Source: Spirochaetia bacterium
GTDB lineage: Bacteria; Spirochaetota; Spirochaetia; UBA9216
Assembly (NCBI GenBank): GCA_965140585.1
Contig: OZ223267.1
Coordinates: 1-64,000 of the forward strand
Direction of reading: 5' to 3'
DNA length: 64,000 bases
Shown here: positions 56,463 through 64,000 of the stretch, one piece after another
Layout: each line of letters opens with the position of its first letter
Numbering within the stretch: position 1 is the first letter of the stretch
Notes under the pieces: generated by a model
Seen by the model: the letters and a program-made list of their open reading frames with translations, nothing else
Database searches by the model: none
What the model was told of the DNA's origin: nothing
Position numbers and translations under genes: made by a program

Positions 56463-58652
56463 CTATTCCTCTGCAAAGGATATATTTATTCTTGAGGACC
56501 TGTCTGCGGCCCTCTGACCCTCACCACCTGTTGTGAGATAGGAATTCTCTCCGGCAATTTGAGGATCCACTTCGTATAGTTTTGTAATATAATCATTTGC
56601 TTTATCAAAATTTTCAAGTTCATAATAACATTTGGAAATAGAAAGAAGTATATATGAATAGGAGGATGAGCTCTCCTTATTACCTTCTATTACTGTTTTT
56701 TCGGCACCATGCAGAAGCCGTAATGCATTCTGATATTCACCCTTCATGTAGTATACGTTGCCTAGGTTAATTCTGGGAGAAAGGTAGTTTCGATCAAGCG
56801 AAAGGGCTGAATTAAAGGCCTGTTCAGCCTTGCTGTATTGCCCCATCATGGCACAGGTTATACCAAGTTTATTGTAACTGCCCTTACTACCACGTGCTAT
56901 TGCATCGTTTTCGAAGTCTTCTATAATCAGATTTACTATTTTATCAAGATTTCCGCTGAAATCACTGACTATCTTTGTCCTGTCACCGTACTGCAGACCG
57001 AGGTCTTTTTCAGTAAGAACTACCGGTCTGTAAACTTCCTGTGATTTTCTGGAGATATACAGCTGGCGTTTAGATGGATCATCATCGTATGCAGTGAATT
57101 CCTCAATTCCTGTTCTCCAGGCAGAGAGAAAATCGGTTTCACCAATAAGTGTAATTTCAACCGGAACCCAGAGTTCTCCGTCAATGTTGATTGTCATATT
57201 CTTATCCGGGTGAAGCAGATTGTAATTCTTTGATGGAACAGATGTTTTAAAAGCTGCATAGATATGTCCCGGAACAGTTATAAACCCTGTTTCAATACCG
57301 ACAGATTCAAGAAGGCTGCAGAACAGTACTGTAAGGTCGTCACAGTCTCCGGTAGCCCGTGTAAGAGTGTTTCTGGGCAGACTGATTGCGTCTACAATCA
57401 TCGGATTTCCCTGAGCTGATTCAAAGGGTGATGTAGGGTCTTTTTGATATAGTACACCGAGTTCTTCAAGGGCGTAATACAGCTGCATTGCAGTCTGGAG
57501 CTCCTGAGAAAAACCATCAATCGTATAGTCCTTGCAGGTTTGTCGTACAAAACTTGAATAGTTTCGCAGTGCACTGTCTGCAGGTGTTATGAAAGCTCCT
57601 ACCTTATTGTCGTCATCCCAGGTAAGTGATTCCTTGTCGTATAAATCATAGGATACAGGAAATGACTGCTTGGCCGGCCGGCCGTTATAACTGTATGAAA
57701 TCTGAATTTCACCGGTAAGGGGAGTAATTCCTTCAGTTGAAAAGATCTGTGTATTAAAAATGGCAGGTATATCAACGGTGACTGCTTCTGCAGGTTTCAG
57801 TTCATCAACTTTTGCAGCCAAAGTAGGACTGTCCATAAATCCGGCCTGAAAGAATGCTACTGAGATATTGCTCACCTTCTGTTTTTCAATATTTTCAATT
57901 GTAACAGAGGTTAGCGGGTTTTTGGCATAGTAGCTCTGCATCGGCGCAAAGACGGCCGGAAACTCGAGTTTATCAATTTTCAAACTTCTGATTTCAGCCT
58001 GCGGGGCATCAGGATCCTCACCGAGTCTATATGAACCGCTGATCCCAAGTCCGTAAGTGAAGCCGTCGAATGAATCAAGAGTATTATTCAGGCTTAAAGT
58101 ATATCTGAGCATTGGGTTGAAATTGATATTTATATTATAAGAAAGATTAAAACCGACTCTTATTCCGGCTTCTGTTATAAAATTTTTCTGCCCTACGTTT
58201 TCAGAGCTCTGTCCGCTTGGATCGGTGTTATAATAAACCTGTACTATTCCGGTGCTGATATCAGCACCTATTTCAAGCTGTTTCGACAGCATGTTTCGGT
58301 AGGCTGCTCCAGCTTCTATATACAGCTGTCTGCTGTCAAAGCGGTCTTCATTTGTAAGTATATCATCCCCGTAGCCGAAGATTCCAACGCCTATTTTGCC
58401 GAATGGCTGCACCGTAGGGAATGCAGGAAGCGGATAAAAAGCTGAGAAGCTGAAATCATTAAAAAGGTAACTGTCTCCGTAATCTGTTCCCAGCTGTACA
58501 ACCGGACTGAAGGATTTATAGTCCAGTCCGAATGCGAACGGGTATTTATATTTCTTGTTAATATCAACATTATTCCCGACCTGGGCATGTCCGGATTGCG
58601 GTACCGATAGTACTAAACCCGCGATCAGGAACAGAGATTGGACGATTTTCAT
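56463..58652 (-). CDS. Exported protein: beta-barrel-like N-terminus + Ig-like + transglutaminase-like core + TPR (paralogue 2)
   Basis: Signal peptide; amphipathic strands; TGDCDDLTVLFCSLLESVGI..VPGHIY..WVPVE; TPR INLGNVYYMKGEYQNA; GGAGG RBS. Confidence 0.8.
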   Translation of the reverse strand: MKIVQSLFLIAGLVLSVPQSGHAQVGNNVDINKKYKYPFAFGLDYKSFSPVVQLGTDYGDSYLFNDFSFSAFYPLPAFPTVQPFGKIGVGIFGYGDDILTNEDRFDSRQLYIEAGAAYRNMLSKQLEIGADISTGIVQVYYNTDPSGQSSENVGQKNFITEAGIRVGFNLSYNININFNPMLRYTLSLNNTLDSFDGFTYGLGISGSYRLGEDPDAPQAEIRSLKIDKLEFPAVFAPMQSYYAKNPLTSVTIENIEKQKVSNISVAFFQAGFMDSPTLAAKVDELKPAEAVTVDIPAIFNTQIFSTEGITPLTGEIQISYSYNGRPAKQSFPVSYDLYDKESLTWDDDNKVGAFITPADSALRNYSSFVRQTCKDYTIDGFSQELQTAMQLYYALEELGVLYQKDPTSPFESAQGNPMIVDAISLPRNTLTRATGDCDDLTVLFCSLLESVGIETGFITVPGHIYAAFKTSVPSKNYNLLHPDKNMTINIDGELWVPVEITLIGETDFLSAWRTGIEEFTAYDDDPSKRQLYISRKSQEVYRPVVLTEKDLGLQYGDRTKIVSDFSGNLDKIVNLIIEDFENDAIARGSKGSYNKLGITCAMMGQYSKAEQAFNSALSLDRNYLSPRINLGNVYYMKGEYQNALRLLHGAEKTVIEGNKESSSSYSYILLSISKCYYELENFDKANDYITKLYEVDPQIAGENSYLTTGGEGQRAADRSSRINISFAEE

Positions 58653-58745
58653 GAAAAAGCCTCCGGGTATCTATACAAAATGATATCACGGAGTATAAAT
58701 ATTTTAAAGCGATCTATTGTAAACTATACTTGTAATGATTAAAAA

Positions 58746-60791
58746 TCAGCTTTTTATTCGAAATTTTGCCTTATTAAGGGTTTTTGTGCTGGTTCCGTCG
58801 TATATGCTGATGTATTTTTCAGCCCCCTCGGAAGCGTAATACTTATTGTCTGCAAGAGACGCCGCCCAGCTAAGATCATCAAATATAAACAGGTCCATGA
58901 TCCGGTTTCCGTTTGACGGGTTCCATATGGTAAAAGAATTGTCCTGATTGAGCGAAATAAGTATGTTTCCGAAAAGTCTGATATCACGGGGAATACCGGA
59001 GATATTGTCAAGTTCCGTGAAACCGCCCCAGTAAAGAAGTTTGACCCCGCTGAACCCGAGGGTTGTAAAAATCTTTGAACTGTGGGGATCGGATGCAAAT
59101 GTTGCTCCGATATCCTCACCCGGGAATGCAATGATTGTATCTGCTTTATCATGATTTCTACCCGTATATTCTTTCAGTACTGTTTTGATTACTCCATTAC
59201 GTTCTTCAAAACCCAGGGTATACAGTTTCTTTGAAATATCATCATAATCAAGATCGAAAACCAGTAGACTTGAATCTTCAACCGGGACCGTTTCGCCGGT
59301 TTTGGTGTTGATATGAAGTAGCGGGGTGGTCAAGGTTGAGGTGCTGCTTCTTCCGGCAATAATATTATTGTCTTCAATAAATTCAACGGCACGCAGGCCG
59401 AAGGCTGTATATTTAAACTCGGTTTCACCTGTATCGGGGTTTATAATCCTGCATTCGCCGGTTTTATCAAGAGTGAGAATCTTCCCGTTGGTATACTCAG
59501 CCGAAACAAGAGGTGCACTGAGCTGGGAAATTAAGCGGACCGGACCGTCTTCGGAATTGAAAAGAACCAGCCTCCCGGCCTTAGAGCTCTCACTAGTCCA
59601 GAGAAGGTAATCTCCGTCACCCATGCTGCTGAGGCCGAAGGAACTATCTTTCTCAAGTGAATATACCTTTGAACCAACTTCCGGGTTGATGGAGCTGTTC
59701 TGATTTTTTATAAAAAAGTCAGATGATATCCTCAACAGCCTGCCGGGAGCTGATATTGCCATAGTTTCACCGCTCACCGAAAATCCGCTGATCTTTAGCA
59801 GTTTGTTTGCTGCAAATTCGCTTACTTCAGCACTGTTAATGGGATTTCTGCATATATTTCCGTTCTCATATGAGGTGTATACGGTACCGTTAACCGAAAT
59901 AACGGATGCAGGATTTGTTCTGTTTCTGAGGGTATAGGATTCAGACTGGTCTATCCTCTGGGTCGAAAAGTCTGAAACGTTCATTATTATGTCTGTTCCG
60001 GAATCTCTGAAATATACGAGTTTGTCGGACTTCGAATCTATAACAGAACAGATATATTTATCGGCTGCTACCGATGAAACTTTCCTGCCTGTTATGAGAT
60101 CGACTAATACCAGGTTTCTGCCGTCGTAGGCCGTCATATATCTGGCGCTGGCAGAGAAGGATATATCCTCAAGGTTGGTTACAGTCTGAACTTTCTGCTT
60201 CATTGTTGAAGTACTGAGATCCCAGTACTGAAGGTTTCCAGAGGGGCCGTATGTAAGAATTGTTTTTTCACTGTCTGAAATAAAAATAGAAGAAACAATA
60301 CCGAAGCCTTCAGTGAGGTAGGGCAGCTGTCTTCCTGTTTCGGCATCAAGGAAAACCAGACTTTGCCATTCTGTTCTACCGTACACAATGAAGTTTCCCT
60401 GAGGAGAAAATTTCAGAAACAGGGGGATCTCGGTAAGTCTTTGACGGAAGAGCCTTTCTCCTGTTTCCCAATTCCATACTGATAAGTTTACAGAATTGAT
60501 TCCGTCACTTTCAATGGACGCAATGTAGGGTTTGGAAGTTGAGGCGGAAATCCTTCGGATAGGAAGGTGTGATATCTGCAGTCTGTATAGAAGCTGTGCA
60601 TTTGATGAATTCCAGACTCTTACAGTTCCGTCATCCCCACCTGAAAAGATAAGTTTGCCGTCAGCAGAAAAATCAGTATCTGATACCGTTCCGGAATGTC
60701 CGCTATTAATGAGAAATCTGGCATCTTCTGCGGAGACGCAAAGAATTGGGAGTATGAATAATATAAGTACAGCGTAATAAAGTTTTCTCAT
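58746..60791 (-). CDS. Exported WD40 beta-propeller protein
   Basis: Signal peptide; GHSGTVSDTDFSADGKLIFSGGDDGTVRVWN and further WD-like repeats. Confidence 0.8.
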   Translation of the reverse strand: MRKLYYAVLILFILPILCVSAEDARFLINSGHSGTVSDTDFSADGKLIFSGGDDGTVRVWNSSNAQLLYRLQISHLPIRRISASTSKPYIASIESDGINSVNLSVWNWETGERLFRQRLTEIPLFLKFSPQGNFIVYGRTEWQSLVFLDAETGRQLPYLTEGFGIVSSIFISDSEKTILTYGPSGNLQYWDLSTSTMKQKVQTVTNLEDISFSASARYMTAYDGRNLVLVDLITGRKVSSVAADKYICSVIDSKSDKLVYFRDSGTDIIMNVSDFSTQRIDQSESYTLRNRTNPASVISVNGTVYTSYENGNICRNPINSAEVSEFAANKLLKISGFSVSGETMAISAPGRLLRISSDFFIKNQNSSINPEVGSKVYSLEKDSSFGLSSMGDGDYLLWTSESSKAGRLVLFNSEDGPVRLISQLSAPLVSAEYTNGKILTLDKTGECRIINPDTGETEFKYTAFGLRAVEFIEDNNIIAGRSSTSTLTTPLLHINTKTGETVPVEDSSLLVFDLDYDDISKKLYTLGFEERNGVIKTVLKEYTGRNHDKADTIIAFPGEDIGATFASDPHSSKIFTTLGFSGVKLLYWGGFTELDNISGIPRDIRLFGNILISLNQDNSFTIWNPSNGNRIMDLFIFDDLSWAASLADNKYYASEGAEKYISIYDGTSTKTLNKAKFRIKS

Positions 60792-60795
60792 TAAA

Positions 60796-61386
60796 TTAAT
60801 CCTCCAGGGATATTTTTGACACGGAGATATAGGGCCCCTCAATGATCATTCTGACATCTTCATCTTCAGAAAGGGAAGCGATATTCTGAAGAATGTCATC
60901 ATGTGCGCTGCGGGGGATTTTAGTTATTCCTGTTTCATTTTCCTTGAGTCCGAGGACATGGAAAATCAGGTTGTTGTTTTCTATTGATTTGAAGACAATA
61001 TTTATTCCGGTAGACGGGGCCTTAAGCAGAAGTCTGAATTTAATTATTTCAATGGCTCTTTCATCAAGACCCTCTCCTGCTATAAGGATCTTTTCTACGA
61101 GTTCAGGATATCCGATTGCTACAGAATCCGCCTCCGAATCAATCTTTCCGGTGATAAAATTAATTCTTTCAAGTTCAGGCAGAAAAAGGAGATTAAGACC
61201 TGACTCGGGATCTTTGAGAACGGTTTTCAGTTCAGTCCTGATTACATTACCGCAGGATGGACATTCGAAGCTCATAAAGCTGCCTTCAAGGATATCCCGA
61301 TAAACCTGTTTGGATGCTGAGAGATCTATTTCAGAAGAAAAGTCAGTCTCAATATTTTTACCGCAATGACATGGTATATTTATCAT
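60796..61386 (-). CDS. CpXC domain protein
   Basis: IPCHCG, ILEGSFMSFECPSCG, ELVEKILI..GLDERAIEIIK. Confidence 0.8.
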   Translation of the reverse strand: MINIPCHCGKNIETDFSSEIDLSASKQVYRDILEGSFMSFECPSCGNVIRTELKTVLKDPESGLNLLFLPELERINFITGKIDSEADSVAIGYPELVEKILIAGEGLDERAIEIIKFRLLLKAPSTGINIVFKSIENNNLIFHVLGLKENETGITKIPRSAHDDILQNIASLSEDEDVRMIIEGPYISVSKISLED

Positions 61387-61404
61387 AAAGAACCCCTGCG
61401 TGAA

Positions 61405-62760
61405 TTAACCAAAAAGAAAGTTCACGTCGCTGAAAACTGCAAGTAATAGTAACAGAAGTATAAGGAAAGATCCAATCATTTGGTACCTGTACAAAGATTT
61501 AGTTTTAGGCGGTCTTCCGATTATTATTTCAGCAATATTGAAAACAATCATACCGCCGTCTATTACCGGAATGGGCAGCAGGTTCATAAAACCAAGTGCT
61601 ATGCTTATAAGTGACAGAAACCTGAAGAAGCTTGTAAAACCTTCTCCTATGCTTTCGCGGAAACCGGAAGATGCCGCTTCACCCATGTAATAGGTCAATT
61701 TAACCGGTCCTGCTACTGCCTGACCGACATTGATCCCCTTGAAAAACAAACTTATGCTTTTTATGCTGAGTATAAATGTTGAGAAAGTTTCTTCTGTACC
61801 TCTTGCAAAAGCCTGAAAAATATTGAGTTTCGGTGATTTTATTTCAATACCGGCAAAGCCTACTCCGATTAGCAGTCTTCCTGTTTCATCGGGAATTGGA
61901 ATTATTTTTACTGATTTTATGTTTCCTTCATGTTCATATTCAATTTGCAGGCCTGAAGGATTCTGATTTATCAGATATGACAGCTCCACCTGATTTTCAA
62001 TCTTTTCTCCGGCAGCGGTAAGAATTATATCTCCCGCCTGCAGGCCTGCTATTGCTGCTGCTGAATCGGGAATTACATTTTCTATGACAGGATCAATCCA
62101 TGCAGAAATTCCGGCATATCCGGCTCCTGACTGTTTGTCGAGTTCGGGTGTAAGTACGGTATGAATCTCTGCCCCGTCTCTAAGGAGAATGATATCAAGT
62201 GATTTATCAGGATTCTGGCCTATTATGTTCTGAAAATCATAAAAGCTGGAGGTTTTCTTACCGTCAATTTCAATTATACGGTCGCCGGTCTGAATTCCAG
62301 CAGTATCTGCCGGATACTCGCGAGCTTCCTTTGAATAATCAGAAAGAAGTATAACCTTGTTGTCAAAGGTATATGTAGTGAATCCGGCCAGCCAGATGAC
62401 TGTAAGAACCAGAATTGAAAATATCAGGTTGAAACCAGGTCCGGCAAGGTATGTGAGTATCCTCTTGAAAGGATGGGCTGCAAATAAAGAGCCCGCATCG
62501 TCGGGAATGGTTTCCCTGCCAGTCTCAAGGGCTTTCTGAAACATTTCTTCGCCCTTCATTTTACAGTATCCGCCTACTGGAAAAACACAGAGACGGAATT
62601 CAGTTGTTTTGAATTTATGTCTGTAAAAGGGTTTTCCCCATCCAAGTGCAAAGGCTTCTACCTCTATTCCGGTAAGTTTTGCAAGAACAAAATGGCCGAA
62701 CTCATGAACAGTAACTACTATTCCAAGTCCGATAACGCCTATAAGTATATTTAAAACCAT
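61405..62760 (-). CDS. rseP: RIP metalloprotease RseP (M50, PDZ domains)
   Basis: [20 protein letters not shown], two PDZ domains, [11 protein letters not shown]. Confidence 0.95.
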   Translation of the reverse strand: MVLNILIGVIGLGIVVTVHEFGHFVLAKLTGIEVEAFALGWGKPFYRHKFKTTEFRLCVFPVGGYCKMKGEEMFQKALETGRETIPDDAGSLFAAHPFKRILTYLAGPGFNLIFSILVLTVIWLAGFTTYTFDNKVILLSDYSKEAREYPADTAGIQTGDRIIEIDGKKTSSFYDFQNIIGQNPDKSLDIILLRDGAEIHTVLTPELDKQSGAGYAGISAWIDPVIENVIPDSAAAIAGLQAGDIILTAAGEKIENQVELSYLINQNPSGLQIEYEHEGNIKSVKIIPIPDETGRLLIGVGFAGIEIKSPKLNIFQAFARGTEETFSTFILSIKSISLFFKGINVGQAVAGPVKLTYYMGEAASSGFRESIGEGFTSFFRFLSLISIALGFMNLLPIPVIDGGMIVFNIAEIIIGRPPKTKSLYRYQMIGSFLILLLLLLAVFSDVNFLFG

Positions 62761-63899
62761 TATTTCAGCCTGATTTTCTCAATAATTTTTGAAGTCAGCT
62801 TTCTGGCTTCTGTATCAAGTTCAAAAACATGATCAAAAGACTCAAGCCTGGAAGGCCAGTTATGATTCAGAGCCTTTTTAGTAATATCGGCAATTTGAAG
62901 AAAGCCTGTTTTTCCATCAATAAAAGACTGAACAGCAATCTCATTTGCAGCGTTATAAACTAGCGGGTAGGCGCCTTTCTTTTTAAGCGTTTCATACGCC
63001 ATAGGCACCATGGGATATTTATCGCTGTCAAGGAGAGAAAATTCAAATGTGGCATTAAGCAGATTAAGTTCAGCAAAGTCGGCAGGAAGAATCTCCGGCC
63101 AGGAAAGGGCATTCTGGATTGGTATTGCCATATCAGGCCTGCTTATCTGCGGATATAGACAGCCGTCGATGGTTTTAATAAAGGAGTGAACATAACTCTT
63201 GGGGTGAATTACAATCTTGATTTTTTCACTTGGTATGTCAAACAGGAAACGCGCTTCAATTACTTCAAGTCCCTTATTGGCCATGGTTGCACTGTCTATG
63301 GTAATTTTGGGTCCCATATTCCATGTGGGATGTGCAAGTGCCGATTCAACGGTTACATTTTTCAGTTCCTCGACAGTTCTGTCCCTGAAGGCACCTCCGG
63401 AGGCGGTAAGGATGATTTCTGAAATCTCCTCGGTTCTCCTGCCTTTCAGAAGCTGCCAGATAGCAGAATGCTCGGAATCAACCGGCAGGATGTTACGCCC
63501 TTTTTCTTTGGCGAAATCCATTATCAGTTTACCTGTCATAACGACAGTTTCTTTATTGGCAAGTGCAAGATCCTTGCCTGAATTAAGGGCTGCGATTGAG
63601 GAGGAAAGACCAGCCGCTCCGGCAATACCGTTGAGTACAATATCTGCCTCACAGTCGTTGATCATCTCAATAAGACCCTCAGCTCCTGCATATTTGATAT
63701 CTGTGGAATGGGGAGTCCGGCCTGAGAGGCACATGTTTTTAACGTTATATGTTGAAGCCCATTCAAGAAGTCCGTTTTCACTTTTGTGGGCGGAAACGGC
63801 TACCACTGAAAATTTATCCGGATTACGTTTAAGTACTGTGGCAGCGGTGCGTCCAATTGAACCGGTGCAGCCAAGTATTATCAGTTTTTTTCTGTTCAT
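62760..63899 (-). CDS. dxr: 1-deoxy-D-xylulose 5-phosphate reductoisomerase
   Basis: [52 protein letters not shown]. Confidence 0.98.
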   Translation of the reverse strand: MNRKKLIILGCTGSIGRTAATVLKRNPDKFSVVAVSAHKSENGLLEWASTYNVKNMCLSGRTPHSTDIKYAGAEGLIEMINDCEADIVLNGIAGAAGLSSSIAALNSGKDLALANKETVVMTGKLIMDFAKEKGRNILPVDSEHSAIWQLLKGRRTEEISEIILTASGGAFRDRTVEELKNVTVESALAHPTWNMGPKITIDSATMANKGLEVIEARFLFDIPSEKIKIVIHPKSYVHSFIKTIDGCLYPQISRPDMAIPIQNALSWPEILPADFAELNLLNATFEFSLLDSDKYPMVPMAYETLKKKGAYPLVYNAANEIAVQSFIDGKTGFLQIADITKKALNHNWPSRLESFDHVFELDTEARKLTSKIIEKIRLK

Positions 63900-63914
63900 G
63901 AGATATTTTTACCT

Positions 63915-64000
63915 TTAAGCAAGATTTAGACGAAGAATTATATAGAAAAACAATGGAGCACTGAAGAGTATTGAATCGATTGAATCAAGTACTCCTCCGC
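63915..64000 (-). CDS. cdsA: Phosphatidate cytidylyltransferase, C-terminal fragment (window edge)
   Basis: Manual translation GGVLDSIDSILFSAPLFFYIILRLNLA*; canonical cdsA-dxr-rseP order. Confidence 0.85.
   Translation of the reverse strand, partial: GGVLDSIDSILFSAPLFFYIILRLNLA

Noticed and set aside
1606-63918. Many short antisense or overlapping ORFs in the track (e.g. 9925-10401, 19520-20212, 43993-44451, 63217-63918)
   Set aside because: They are shadows of well-supported genes, with no motifs or RBS.
1-64000. CRISPR array, transposase, integrase or prophage
   Set aside because: No regularly spaced repeats and no recognisable mobile-element proteins were seen.

Overview
64 kb of chromosome from a spirochaete, most likely a free-living Spirochaetaceae/Treponema-like organism. 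Evidence: FlaA sheath protein, cheA-cheW/CheR-cheX-cheY, a spiro-SPASM protein, and spirochaete-type signal peptides and lipoboxes. The core backbone carries a partial NusG paralogue plus Wzz, a SPOR protein, ligA, xseAB, a spiro-SPASM/SpsF/SpsG/ATP-grasp glycan operon upstream of an amidase and flaA, the che operon, tRNA-Val(GAC), rpsF-ssb-rpsR-DUF2232-rplI-dnaB, and cdsA'-dxr-rseP. Two accessory stretches lie at about 27.5-42.8 kb and 47.4-58.7 kb. The most notable observations are: (1) two paralogous 'beta-barrel + Ig + transglutaminase-like Cys-His core + TPR' genes, each in an operon with large Ig/beta-propeller lipoproteins, a candidate undescribed surface-protein processing system; (2) a TrcP-like C-to-pseudouridine tRNA editor split into two coupled genes; (3) a SatD cyclase-fold/membrane-protein pair whose membrane gene has a 2-bp frameshift, near a second class III cyclase; (4) a tRNA-Val with C at the normally invariant U33; (5) a recurring sigma28-like promoter motif and several apparently leaderless genes. 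No CRISPR array, integrase or transposase was seen. All calls come from motif recognition by eye; no searches were run.
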